A stretch of 64,000 bases of DNA from Octopus bimaculoides (GCF_001194135.2 NC_069005.1:8845968-8909967), one strand, 5' to 3'. Counted from the first letter of the stretch, positions 37,959 through 51,776 are shown. Made by a program: numbers and translations. The notes: a model not told the origin generated them from the sequence alone.

Positions 37959-39180
37959 CAGGGGTTACACAAAATAATCGAAGCACTTTAAAATTTTAAA
38001 CAAATTTATTTTGATATGGGGTAGGACTACCTTTGGCAGTAATTACAGCTTGAATTCTGTGAGGTATGAATTCGTACAAAGTTTGAATTGTTTCCAAAGG
38101 AATTTTTGTCCATACTTCAGCTAAACAGTCTCCTATTTCTTGTAATGATTTGTAATGACGATGGTGGAGGATATTGACTCTATACTTGTTTTTCTAAAAT
38201 GCACCATAAATGTTCAACAATATTGAGATCTGGGGACTGTGGTGGCCAAATAAGATGTTTAACTTCACTAGAATGTTCCTCATGCCATTCAATAACAACT
38301 TTAGCTGTGTGAATTGGTGCATTATCATCCTGAAAGATAGTGTTTCCCTCTGGAAACAGTTCCGCAATCATNNNNNNNNNNNNNNNNNNNNNNNNNNNNN
38401 NNNNNNNNNNNNNNNNNNNNNNNNNNNNNNNNNNNNNNNNNNNNNNNNNNNNNNNNNNNNNNNNNNNNNNNNNNNNNNNNNNNNNNNNNNNNNNNNNNNN
38501 NNNNNNNNNNNNNNNNNNNNNNNNNNNNNNNNNNNNNNNNNNNNNNNNNNNNNNNNNNNNNNNNNNNNNNNNNNNNNNNNNNNNNNNNNNNNNNNNNNNN
38601 NNNNNNNNNNNNNNNNNNNNNNNNNNNNNNNNNNNNNNNNNNNNNNNNNNNNNNNNNNNNNNNNNNNNNNNNNNNNNNNNNNNNNNNNNNNNNNNNNNNN
38701 NNNNNNNNNNNNNNNNNNNNNNNNNNNNNNNNNNNNNNNNNNNNNNNNNNNNNNNNNNNNNNNNNNNNNNNNNNNNNNNNNNNNNNNNNNNNNNNNNNNN
38801 NNNNNNNNNNNNNNNNNNNNNNNNNNNNNNNNNNNNNNNNNNNNNNNNNNNNNNNNNNNNNNNNNNNNNNNNNNNNNNNNNNNNNNNNNNNNNNNNNNNN
38901 NNNNNNNNNNNNNNNNNNNNNNNNNNNNNNNNNNNNNNNNNNNNNNNNNNNNNNNNNNNNNNNNNNNNNNNNNNNNNNNNNNNNNNNNNNNNNNNNNATA
39001 CTTGTTTTTGAAAGTAGTGGTTTTCTGATTTCAGCCCACCCGTGAAATATGGCTTTGTGCAGCTCCTGGTGAACAGTTTTTGTGAAAACTGGTTTCTCGG
39101 GGTGGTCATTAAGCTCTGCAGTAATTTTGGGAGCTGTACTTTTGTGATCTTTTCTAACAATTTGCTTAAGAGTCCGACAC
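37959..39180 (-). mobile_element. Tc1-family transposon with DD36E spacing; middle in gap, 5' end truncated
   Basis: TA+cagggg.. TIR at 37959. Encodes FQDDNAPIH...WPPQSPDLNIVEHLW with 36 residues between D (38324-26) and E (38213-15), and an HTH region RTLKQIVRKDHKSTAPKITAELN...TVHQELHK. Confidence 0.9.
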
Positions 39181-39199
39181 AAGCATACAAAGAAGTAAA

Positions 39200-39715
39200 A
39201 AATGAAAAAAATAATATATAAAAAAAATAATATATAAAAAATAAATATACCAATACATTATATTGTCTTTGAGCTTTTAAAGTTCAATGGTAATCCATGT
39301 AGATAATAGTTGGAAAAATAAGGATGCATGAAAATTGAGAGATGTGTTAGGCTTAAAAAAAAAACAAGGAAAGGGGCTAAAAGTTTGTGTTAAGTAGGAA
39401 GTGTGGTGTCAAAACAAGAAGTGTGTGTAAGGGGAGATAAATCTTTTTGGAGTTATGAACTCTTTTTCAACAGGAAGTCTATGTCATAAAAGAGTCCATA
39501 ACTCCAGCTAAAGAGATTTGTCTCCCCTTACACACACTTCCTGTTTTGACACCACACTTCCTGCTTAACACATAAACCTTTAGCTCCTTTTTTAAACCTA
39601 ACACAACTCTGAATTTTCATGCATCCTTATTTTTCCAACTATTATCTACATGGATTACCATTGAACTTTAAAAGCTCAAAGACAATATAATGTATTGGTA
39701 TATTTATTTTTTCAT
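39200..39715. mobile_element. Palindromic foldback/MITE with ~240-bp arms
   Basis: ataaatataccaatacattatattgtctttgagcttttaaagttcaatggtaatccatgtagataatagttggaaaaataaggatgcatg is mirrored at about 39620-39712; centre near 39480. Confidence 0.9.
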
Positions 39716-40179
39716 NNNNNNNNNNNNNNNNNNNNNNNNNNNNNNNNNNNNNNNNNNNNNNNNNNNNNNNNNNNNNNNNNNNNNNNNNNNNNNNNNNNNN
39801 NNNNNNNNNNNNNNNNNNNNNNNNNNNNNNNNNNNNNNNNNNNNNNNNNNNNNNNNNNNNNNNNNNNNNNNNNNNNNNNNNNNNNNNNNNNNNNNNNNNN
39901 NNNNNNNNNNNNNNNNNNNNNNNNNNTATATATATATATATATATATGTGTCTGTATATTTATGCATACACACATACATATATATATGTCTGTATGTATA
40001 TGCATGTATACATCTATGCTTGTGTATAAAGGTGTGTGCATTTGTGTGTGTATATGTGTGTGCAGATTAACTTTGCTTTTGAGCTTGAGACTGTTGTGCA
40101 TGATTTCGAGTGCAATTAAATATTCGAAACAATACCGTGTAAATGATTCATTAAAAGTTTGTCTGAAAAGAAGTCTCAT

Positions 40180-40740
40180 TATAAGCAGCAGCAGTAACAA
40201 CAACAACAACAACAACAGTATCACCACCACCACATGTCCCACCCACACCACTTACAACTAGCATCCTCCTACTATTAGAACAACCAATACCACCACCACC
40301 ACCATTAAAATTGCTAGAATCAATCACTTATAGCATTACCACTAACAACTATCTTATATTCAAGTGCTAACACTCCAACTCTATCAGAATTTACCACTAC
40401 CACCTGTCATCATCTCTACCTCAACCATCAGCTGAATAACTACAGCCTTCAAGACCCCCCACCACCAACTCCTACACTAACACCATTGCTACCACTTCTA
40501 AAACAAATGCTATCACCTAAGCACACCTGCAACCACAACTGACCACTACCTTCAACACCAGCAATACGACCACCACCGTCGACATTACTATCATAACTAT
40601 CACCCTCACAACCACCAGCAACACCACCACAGTAATCACAGGACCAATGTGACAACCACTACCAGCAAAACTACCGCCACCACTACCACGACAACAACCA
40701 CCACCGTGACCACCACTAGGGACACTACTAATACACCAGT
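40180..40740. repeat. Degenerate (ACC/AAC/ACT)n tract
   Basis: Direct inspection. Confidence 0.8.
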
Positions 40741-40853
40741 AGTGGAACTATCTCTGTTGCCACTAGAAATAGCTTCCAAATCTTCTTGAAAGTGTAAGAC
40801 AAACAAACGTATATCTATATATGTTTGCACATATATAGATATGTGTGTGTGTG

Positions 40854-40921
<68 letters not shown>

Positions 40922-41198
40922 TGTGTGTGTGTGGATAAAAATTCAAATTGAGTGAGTGGAACAGGCAAAATATATGCTACGTATGTTTCATGCCAATAAA
41001 TTCTTATTGTTCCTCATCATACATTGTCAACCTTTTGCTCTCTATACCTGCCACTTCACTGCTCAAAGCTTACAGACTTCCTACACTCGGATCCCAGGAC
41101 CATACTCTAATGTGTATATATATATGTACATATATTGAACTCACTACCTTATGATTGTGAACCTGATGCTCTAACCACTGAGCCATGCACCTTCACAG

Positions 41199-41388
41199 TA
41201 CTTGTTTATTCACATTGTTTTGAATTAATCATGTATAATCTCATAGCATGAAGAGTTTGATGATGTAATTGTTTATTTTTAGAATGACATTGTAGGGTAG
41301 GTGTGAGAGGCTGGATCTAATCGGTTTGAACATAACACAGATAGTATATTAACACTTGATATAGCCTGTTTAAATGCTAAAGGGTTAA
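41199..41388. mobile_element. TTAA/CCC-ended (piggyBac-like) MITE family F, partial
   Basis: Ends aatgctaaagggttaa; body homologous to 43018-43256. Confidence 0.7.
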
Positions 41389-41554
41389 GATTATCTGAGT
41401 TAAAAACCTTCCATCGAAATTCCATGTTAATTTATATTTGAAATGCCAGCTTAATAATAACAAAATGGTTTTACTAACAAAATGATTTTATTTTCAAAAT
41501 TAATTGAAATGAAGTCAGTGCATTTCAATTGAAATATGGTAACAAAAGGATTAA
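41385..41554. mobile_element. TTAA-ended MITE family G, right part
   Basis: Ends ggtaacaaaaggattaa; homologous to 42391-43021. Confidence 0.55.
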
Positions 41555-41867
41555 TGAACTGCTTCTTGTTTTAGCAGTGGAATAATTACGTATAAATTAC
41601 TCTCGTTTTATTCTAAAATGAATGTATCATTTTCATGACTTACTTTTCTCTCTTCATTTTGTCTGAAAATGAATCAACACAAAACCATCTTCTTCTCACT
41701 CTTCTTTGTCTGATTAAAATACAATACATCACAGTCTTGGTGTCTGCACTGAAACTGCTCAGTATGCTGAAACAGGTTGTCTTTAACTTTAAAGATTAAA
41801 GATGATTTTGAATGTTAAATGTATAGGAAAACTACATCAGTGTGTGTTATTAGTCATTTTGTTATTG

Positions 41868-42187
41868 TGGCACTCTGTCCGTTACAACGATGAGGGTTAC
41901 AGTTGATCTGATCCGTGGAACAGCCCGCTCATGAAATTAATGCGTAAACACATGTACCCTCCACAAACATGTATATCCTTAACATTGTTGTCAGGGATAT
42001 TCAGTGTGACACAGAATGGGACAAGTTTAATCCTTTGAAATACAAGTACTACTCATTTTTGCCAGCTGAATAGACCGGAGCAACGAGAAATAGAGTGTCT
42101 CACTTAAGGACACAACATTACCAGGAATTGAACTCAAGACCTTAAGATCGTAAGTTGAATATCGTAACCACTAAGCCACGTGCCTTC
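41868..42187 (-). mobile_element. SINE-B1, full length
   Basis: Minus strand reads tgaaggcacgtggcttagtggttacg...gagttcaattcc...gtgtccttaagtgagacactc...tail ggagtgcca-like. Confidence 0.8.
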
Positions 42188-42390
42188 AGTTTATTATAAC
42201 AAACGCATAAAGGGAAAGTGTAAGAAAAAGTACCACTTATTTGCTTCTCTTCTCTAAATAAAATGAGTAAATTAATTTGAGCAGTTGGTTGGTGGAACCA
42301 TTGAAGTATCAGAGAAAATACCTCAGGGTTATGTTCCTTAAAGAAGTGGACTATAACGATTGAAAGGTGAGAGGAACAAATTACCATGTT

Positions 42391-43021
42391 TTAACACTTT
42401 TAGTACCAAACCATCTGAGACCACTCTAGGTTCTCTGATACAAACTTTTTGTCCCCAAGTGATCTGAATTAAAACCTATCAGAGTTCCATGTTAACATAG
42501 ATTTGTTAAAAAAAAACTAGCTTAAAGATGGAACAGTTATTTTACTGAATTCTTTGGCATTTTTGTGTGGTTAACAAGTTTTTTTCACATCTGTATGGAT
42601 CCAGGTTCAGTCCCACTGTGTGGCACCTTGGACAAGTGTCATCTACTATTATTCCGGATTAAACAAAATGCCTTGTAAGTGAATTTAGTAGATGGAAACA
42701 GAATATAAGCCTGTCATATATATGTGTGTGTGTGTTTGTTTTTGTATTCATCCCCAACTCCACTGCTTTCTTATAGGTGTTGGTTTGTTTATTTACCAAT
42801 GACTTAGTGGTTTGACAAAAGTAAGTAGCAGAATAAATACCGGACTTAAAATAAAATAAATACTGGGGGTGATTTGTATGACTAAACCCTTCAAGGCAGT
42901 ACCCCAGCATGGCCACAGTTTAATAACTGAAAACAAAAGTGAATAATGAAAGATAAATTGCGAAATAAATTGAAACAAAGAAAGTGTTTTTCTATAGAAA
43001 CAAAATTATTAAACACTTTAA
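42391..43021. mobile_element. MITE family G interrupted by SINE-A (about 42556-42940)
   Basis: Left end ttaacacttttagtacc; the G body resumes after the SINE-A tail. Confidence 0.55.
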
Positions 43022-43256
43022 TCCTTTAGTGTTCAGATTGTTTTGTCAAATATGTTGCTTGTTTATTTACTTATTCACAGTGCTTTCAATTAATCACACA
43101 TTATTTTGTAGCTTCTGGATTTCAATGGTGTGTTTCTATATTTTCAGAATGACATTGTAGGATAGGTGTGAAAGGTTCGATCTGGTCAGTTTTAACATAA
43201 CACAGGTAGAAGAATATTTGGGCTGGATATGGTTGGATTAGATGCTAAAGGGTTGA
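43018..43256. mobile_element. piggyBac-like MITE family F, complete
   Basis: Left ttaatcctttagtgttc and right gatgctaaagggttga are inverted termini of TTAA|CCCTTTAGCAT type. Confidence 0.7.
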
Positions 43257-43419
43257 GATGGATTGTAAACTTGCCCAACACCATGACAAAAAAAATGTAT
43301 TTTGTCTTTTCATTGATAAAAAGCAGAGAGCAAAAAGTTTACTGAATATTTTTGAGTAGAGCCCCAAATATTTGTATTTGATACTTTAGAAACATTTATC
43401 TTTCAGTATTCAGTTATAG

Positions 43420-43816
43420 GCCTTTATGTTCTGAGTTCAAATCCTGCCAAAGTCGACTTTGCTTTACATCCTTTCGGGGTTGTTAAATTAAGTACCAGTG
43501 AAACACTGGGGTCAATGTAATCGACTAGTCCCCTTCCACCAAATTTCAGGCCTTGTGCCTTTAGTAGAAAGCATTATTATTATTTATTTATTATTATTAT
43601 TATTATCATTATGGTGGCGAACTGGCAGAGCTGTTAACATGTCAGGCAAAATTCTTGATGTCATTTCATCTCAGCGGCATTATGTTCTGAGCTCAAATTT
43701 CAACGAGGTTGACTTTGACTTTCATCCTTCCGGGAGTCAACACTGGGGTCGATGTAATCGACTAGCCCCCCCACTCCCCATCAAAATTTCAGGCCTTGTG
43801 CCTTTAGCATAAAGGA
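43420..43816 (+). mobile_element. Two tandem SINE-C copies separated by (att)n (43420-43572 and 43613-43816)
   Basis: Both carry ctgag.tcaaat...gacttt...catcctt.cggg and end aaatttcaggccttgtgcctttag. Confidence 0.8.
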
Positions 43817-43903
43817 TTATCATCATCATTATTATTATTATTATATTTGTATGTCTGTATGTGCCTGCATGTATGTCATTTAATCAAGTGTGTTCTTTAG
43901 TTA

Positions 43904-43945
<42 letters not shown>

Positions 43946-44328
43946 TTTGTGTGAGTGTGTGTGTGTGTGTGTATGTGTGTGCATTTCTGTGTTGTACTAA
44001 TTGCATTGCACTGCATTTCTAGAAGCTCAACTCTTTTTTGCCTCCCCCCTCCCCACCGGCACACAAGGAGGTTATTGTTGCTGTTGTTGTTCTCGTTGTG
44101 GTTATTGCCTTTATCAATGTTGCTCTTAACATTCATCTTTCATTCTAAATTACTGAAGACTGAAATACAATCAGATTTCCGATTAGATTTTAGATTTCCA
44201 CGAAGAGACTAGAAGTCATTCTGGAAAAGGCATATGCATGTGTGAATGTTTGTGTGTTTGTAAATATATAAATCTATAAATATATAAATCTAAGTATATA
44301 TATGTGTGTCTATGTGTGTGTGTGTGTG

Positions 44329-44407
<79 letters not shown>

Positions 44408-44693
44408 ATATGTATGAATATGCATGCATGTGTATATATTTCTCTGTCTGTCTGTCTCTCTCTATATATATACACACAGAAACGCACACACATATACATA
44501 CATGTATATGCATATATGTTTCTTGCTCTCTCCCTTTTTCTTTGTCTCTACACATACATATGTGCACACATATATACATCAATATGGAAACAACTGTTTC
44601 CATATTGATAAATATTGATGCCTTTGCATAAACATACAATATGAGACCCTCTATGTGTGTGTGTGTCTTATGATATGCGTATGTATGTTAATG

Positions 44694-44746
<53 letters not shown>

Positions 44747-45255
44747 CACATGTGTGTATTAAAACACAAGCTTATTTATACATATCAAAAGATATAGATA
44801 CAGAAAGAGGAACTCAGATGTCGACAGATAGAACCTGGAAGCTCATAAGAGATTAATTAGAAGAGTTCATATTGTTAGGTACAGGTTAATGAATGTGAAG
44901 GAGATAGTAAATGGTGGGGAACAATAACAATAATGATAATAAAGGGAATAATAATTATAACAAAATAATAATAATAATTGCTATGAATAAAATTATGGGA
45001 GTCAGTGTTTTTGGGTTTTTTTTTGTAGTAAAATAATAATAATATGAAAAATAATATATAGTGTGTTTCTTTAGCATCTTCCTCTGGGTATGTTTGAGTG
45101 TATATGTTGAGTATATGTTGAATGTCTTAAAGGTATGTATATATATATGTATATATATGTGTAAAAATACACATACACATAGATATACACAAACATACAT
45201 ACAGACATGCACATATTAATATATGGATATATATGTGTGTGCATGTACATATATA

Positions 45256-45349
<94 letters not shown>

Positions 45350-45493
45350 TATATATATATGTATATGAATATATATATATGTATATGAATATATATATAA
45401 ATGCATATGCATGTGTGTATGTATGTACATGTATATATATGTGTATAGATATCTAAGAATAATGAAATAAGAATATGCATATTCTATAGCGTA

Positions 45494-45539
<46 letters not shown>

Positions 45540-45624
45540 GTCTGTTTTTTTTTTAGAAGATTATATATACAAAAACATAATTCTAAATCATGTGCATATG
45601 TATGTGTATCTGTAGACATTTATA

Positions 45625-45660
<36 letters not shown>

Positions 45661-46388
45661 GTTATGCACACACACACACAAGATGTACATCACAAGTGAG
45701 ATGTATACATACACAGGTACACTTATATATATATATATATAAATGCATATGATGTGTATATATGTTTGTGCGTGTGTGTTATATATTCAATGTAAATAGA
45801 ATATAAGTCACAGAAAAAATATCCTAAACTTATATAAATCTTAAGTGTGAAGCCAATTTATTTCTCCTCCATTCAACATTTATTAAACATTTAGCTCTAT
45901 TAACACAATATCGTTGATAAGAATTTTGTCTATCGATCGATCTATCTATCTATCTGTCTGTCTGTCTGTCTTCTCTCTCTCCATCCATCTCTCTTTATCT
46001 GTGTATATATTATATGTGTGAAAGTGAGAGACAATTTGTATTTCATCTTTTGTTGCACAGTACTGTATGTCTTTAAGTAGAGTGTGCTTGCATGCATGCT
46101 TACATACATACACACACACATACACACACACACATACACGTATGTGCGTACATATGATTATGTATGTATTTATGTGTATATATGCATGTATGTATTTATG
46201 TATATATATATATATATGTATGTATATATATCCATGTATGTATGTATATATGTATATGTGTATATATACATACATGTATGTATACATATGTGTATATATA
46301 CATACATGTATGTATATATGTATATGTGTATATATACATACAAGTATGTATATATGTATATGTGTGTGTATATATATATATATGTATA

Positions 46389-46419
<31 letters not shown>

Positions 46420-46589
46420 GAATATATATATCTCTATGTGTGTGTATATATGTGTATGTGTGTGTGTTATGATTTTGCTTAGGCACAGTAATACTAATAA
46501 CCAGTTCTTAGAACTCAATATGCTTTAGAACATTGCATCAGGCATATACAGTGTGTATTATTAATTATTGAATAACTCCGGAACAAGAA

Positions 46590-46692
46590 TTGCATAATCA
46601 ACTTCATTAGCTTACAGCTGTTTCTGCTATAAAAAGCACTGCACTCGAAGTTGAGTGCTTGTGCAACATCTTGTATCTTCCTTGAAGCCATT
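46590..46692 (-). repeat. Second copy of the GAAACAGCTGTA repeat
   Basis: Minus strand reads ggcttcaaggaagatacaagatgttgcacaagcactcaacttcgagtgc...gcagaaacagctgtaagctaatgaagt. Confidence 0.5.
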
Positions 46693-47064
46693 GATATTTA
46701 ATGTATGTTTAGGCTGGAGAGCATTTATACACATTTATACACACACATGCACATGCACATGCATGTATGTATACACATGTATGTATGTGTTTGTCTGTAT
46801 GTAATTACGTACGCATAGTATTTTATTGTAGCTGAAAAGACTTCACTGTCTCTTTACCAGTTTCATGTAATAGATAATCAGAAAAGTGTGATGATCAGAT
46901 ACGTGTGCTGAAACTCTCAGGATTCTCTGATGATCACTTACATGAAACTCTGAATAGCAGTTCATGGAATCTTTACAGCTTCAGTCTAATACTAATTTCT
47001 CTCCCCATTTTTATTTGTGCATTATATTTTCCACTGCATCTATATGTGTGTATGTGTGTGTGTG

Positions 47065-47101
<37 letters not shown>

Positions 47102-47530
47102 NNNNNNNNNNNNNNNNNNNNNNNNNNNNNNNNNNNNNNNNNNNNNNNNNNNNNNNNNNNNNNNNNNNNNNNNNNNNNNNNNNNNNNNNNNNNNNNNNNN
47201 NNNNNNNNNNNNNNNNNNNNNNNNNNNNNNNNNNNNNNNNNNNNNNNNNNNNNNNNNNNNNNNNNNNNNNNNNNNNNNNNNNNNNNNNNNNNNNNNNNNN
47301 NNNNNNNNNNNNNNNNNNNNNNNNNNNNNNNNNNNNNNNNNNNNNNNNNNNNNNNNNNNNNNNNNNNNNNNNNNNNNNNNNNNNNNNNNNNNNNNNNNNN
47401 NNNNNNNNNNNNNNNNNNNNNNNNNNNNNNNNNNNNNNNNNNNNNNNNNNNNNNNNNNNNNNNNNNNNNNNNNNNNNNNNNNNNNNNNNNNNNNNNNNNN
47501 NNNNNNNNNNNNNNNNNNNNNNNNNNNNNN

Positions 47531-47564
<34 letters not shown>

Positions 47565-47567
47565 AGC

Positions 47568-47817
47568 ACAGGCATGGCTGTGTGGTAAGAAGTTTGCTTC
47601 CCAGCCACATGGTTCTGGGTTCAGTCCCTCTGTGTGGCACCTTAGGCAAGTGTCTTCTTGTATAGCCTTGGATCAACCAAAGCCTTGTGAGTGGATTTTG
47701 TAGATGGAAACTTGAATTGTAACTAAAGCTAAAATGGTGTAGAAACTACCTGATAATGAATGGCTATAAGTGATTCATCATTGAGCGAGTGGCCTCTGCA
47801 TTCTTTCTATCTAACAC

Positions 47818-47884
<67 letters not shown>

Positions 47885-48060
47885 TGCAGGAATGGCTGTG
47901 TGATAAGACATTTGCTTCCCAATCACATGATTCTGGGTTCAATCCTGCAATGTGTTATCTAGGATAAATGTCTTCCACTGTAACCCCAGGATGACCAAAG
48001 GCTTGTGAGTGAATCTGGTTGGTAAAAATTGATAGGAGGGTGTTATTTGTGTGTGTGTGT
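47568..48060 (+). mobile_element. Two SINE-A 5' halves (47568-47712 and 47882-48060)
   Basis: ggcatggctgtgtggtaagaag...gggttcagtccc and aatggctgtgtgataagac...gggttcaatcc. Confidence 0.8.
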
Positions 48061-48069
48061 GTGTGTATT

Positions 48070-48101
<32 letters not shown>

Positions 48102-48164
48102 CATGCATGTATGTATGTATGCATGTATGTATGTATGTATGTATGCATGCATGCATGTATGTAT

Positions 48165-48492
48165 GTAAAGACATGTGACTTAGTGGTTCGGGCATTCAGC
48201 TCATGATTGTAAGATTGTGAGTTCAATTCCCGGCAACATGTTGTGTCCTTGAGCAAGACACTTTATTCCACGTTGCTCCAGTCCCCTCAGCTTGCAAAAA
48301 TGAGAAGTACCTGTATTTCAAAAAGGGTCAGCCTTGTCTCACACTCTGTGCCATGCTGAAGTTTCCAGTCAACTACGTTAAGGGTACGCGTGCCTGTGGA
48401 GTGCTCAGCCACTTGCACGTTAATTTCACAGGCAAGCTGTTCTGTTGATTGGATCAACTGGAACCCTCGCCGTCGTAAGCAACGGAGTACCA
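48165..48492 (+). mobile_element. SINE-B1, full length
   Basis: tgacttagtggttcggg...gagttcaattccc...gtgtccttgagcaagacacttta (CORE-like)...ggatcaactggaaccctcgccgtcgtaagcaacggagtacc. Confidence 0.85.
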
Positions 48493-48507
48493 GTGTATGG
48501 ATGCATT

Positions 48508-48589
<82 letters not shown>

Positions 48590-48590
<1 letters not shown>

Positions 48591-48760
48591 ACCAAAAACA
48601 CCCTCCTTCCGATTTCTACCTGCCAAATTCATTCACAAGCCTTTGGTCAGCCTGGAGCTATAGCAGAAGACAGTTATCCAAGATGACACTCTGTGGGATT
48701 GAACCCAGAATCGTATGGCTGGGAAGCAAATGTCTTGTCACACAGCCATGCCTGCACCTA
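48590..48760 (-). mobile_element. SINE-A 5' half
   Basis: gtgggattgaacccagaatcgtatggctgggaagc...cacacagccatgcctgcacc. Confidence 0.8.
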
Positions 48761-48768
48761 TATATATG

Positions 48769-48867
<99 letters not shown>

Positions 48868-49498
48868 ACATGTTTGGATGTGTGTGTGGATTGTGGTTAC
48901 TTAGGCACTAGGTTACTTCTCTCAGGGCAGGATATACATTGATGGATCGCATACAATTAAGATTTATGTATTACTGGTATATTTTCTTTTCATTGAATTT
49001 GAAAAGAAGAATGAGGAGGTTAAATTGACCTTGGTGCTATTTAGATCAGGATATATTTGGATTAAATTAAATACTTTAAGGCTTTAAATCCAATTTAGCC
49101 CAATTCTGTCCAGTTCTCTGCCATTTCAACCAACTCTCTGCTTTTGATAAATATATTAATCATTAGAAGATTGATAGTGGTTATATAAGTTGTATTGATC
49201 GATGGATAAATCGATGGATAGATAGATAGAGAGAGAGAGAGAGATAGAGAATGTGTGAGAGGAAGGGATGGAGAGATTTGTGGTAGGAGCTAAGAGAGTA
49301 AGAGAGTAGGTAGAGAGAAAGAGAGTAAGGGAGAGAGAGTGGGAGGGAGGGTAGTGAAAGAAAGATGGATTGAAAGTAAGGAAGAACTAAAGATAGTTAG
49401 AGAGAGAGAGAGAGTGAGAGAGAGAGGGGGGAAAGGAAGGGGTGATTTATGGTGGGAGCTAAGATAGATTCAAAAAGACTCAGTGAAGGAAGAGTTAG

Positions 49499-49541
<43 letters not shown>

Positions 49542-50425
49542 TAGAAAGTGAGAAGAAAGAAAGATAAAGCAAATGAGTGAGAGGTGAATAAATATNNNNN
49601 NNNNNNNNNNNNNNNNNNNNNNNNNNNNNNNNNNNNNNNNNNNNNNNNNNNNNNNNNNNNNNNNNNNNNNNNNNNNNNNNNNNNNNNNNNNNNNNNNNNN
49701 NNNNNNNNNNNNNNNNNNNNNNNNNNNNNNNNNNNNNNNNNNNNNNNNNNNNNNNNNNNNNNNNNNNNNNNNNNNNNNNNNNNNNNNNNNNNNNNNNNNN
49801 NNNNNNNNNNNNNNNNNNNNNNNNNNNNNNNNNNNNNNNNNNNNNNNNNNNNNNNNNNNNNNNNNNNNNNNNNNNNNNNNNNNNNNNNNNNNNNNNNNNN
49901 NNNNNNNNNNNNNNNNNNNNNNNNNNNNNNNNNNNNNNNNNNNNNNNNNNNNNNNNNNNNNNNNNNNNNNNNNNNNNNNNNNNNNNNNNNNNNNNNNNNN
50001 NNNNNNNNNNNNNNNNNNNNNNNNNNNNNNNNNNNNNNNNNNNNNNNNNNNNNNNNNNNNNNNNNNNNNNNNNNNNNNNNNNNNNNNNNNNNNNNNNNNN
50101 NNNNNNNNNNNNNNNNNNNNNNNNNNNNNNNNNNNNNNNNNNNNNNNNNNNNNNNNNNNNNNNNNNNNNNNNNNNNNNNNNNNNNNNNNNNNNNNNNNNN
50201 NNNNNNNNNNNNNNNNNNNNNNNNNNNNNNNNNNNNNNNNNNNNNNNNNNNNNNNNNNNNNNNNNNNNNNNNNNNNNNNNNNNNNNNNNNNNNNNNNNNN
50301 NNNNNNNNNNNNNNNNNNNNNNNNNNNNNNNNNNNNNNNNNNNNNNNNNNNNNNNNNNNNNNNNNNNNNNNNNNNNNNNNNNNNNNNNNNNNNNNNNNNN
50401 NNNNNNNNNNNNNNNNNNNNNNNNN

Positions 50426-50477
<52 letters not shown>

Positions 50478-50693
50478 TGCATGCATATATGTGTGTATAC
50501 ATGCACACACACTCGTATATATATTAACAAAGATTAGATGAAGAGACAGAAGTAAATATAGCAATAGAGATATAATTCCTTATATAACTCCATAATACAC
50601 CAAAGAGCTTATAATTCTATACCATAGAGCATAAAATTAATTAGATCCTTGTATACATACAAAAACACGTATGCACGTGTGTGTGTGTGTTTG

Positions 50694-50740
<47 letters not shown>

Positions 50741-50852
50741 ATGCACTTGTAAGGTTTTACTTACAAATCAACACAATGTTCATCTTTGCCCTAATACACA
50801 AACACACGCAGAGACACAGTCAGACACGCAGAGACACAGACAGACACACACA

Positions 50853-50978
<126 letters not shown>

Positions 50979-51076
50979 TGTGCAATAAGTACAATATCCT
51001 GCAGGTTTCAGATTCATTTTGCTATATTACAGATCATCAGAAATGTGTGTGTATGTATACGGAATGGTACAATATG

Positions 51077-51125
<49 letters not shown>

Positions 51126-51221
51126 ATATACATACCTATATATATATGTATGTATATATATTTGTGTGTGTGTATATAAATATGTACATATATGTATATA
51201 CATATGTATTTATACGTGTGC

Positions 51222-51278
<57 letters not shown>

Positions 51279-51351
51279 CATACACACACACACATACATA
51301 TAATTGCCTGCATCTTAGAAGGGTCATTATACCAATTCTAACCACATGCAC

Positions 51352-51382
<31 letters not shown>

Positions 51383-51590
51383 TTCTTGCTCTTTTAACTT
51401 CCAATGGAGTCATGGGAGTCATAGGGCCACCCTCGTGACATCACGTACGCCGGTTTCCTCAATCTGTAGCAATTGATATGCATATATAAATGTACATACA
51501 CACACACACACACATATTTATACATATATGTATTTATATATATACGTAAGTGTAGAGATATACACAAACTTGAACATGTTGACACACATG

Positions 51591-51599
<9 letters not shown>

Positions 51600-51621
<22 letters not shown>

Positions 51622-51743
51622 ATGCACATACTCAAAGACATACACACATAGTTTGCTAAGTGCCATACTAGTAGGTCTCAGCCATTGAGTCAATCTTGTA
51701 ACCTCTACTGATTAAAAATAATATGCTATATATAAATATATAT

Positions 51744-51776
<33 letters not shown>

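Noticed and set aside
46885-46955. Two tandem (C/G)TGATGA...GAAAC motifs suggesting hammerheads
   Set aside because: No stable stem II and no stem III with a cleavage triplet
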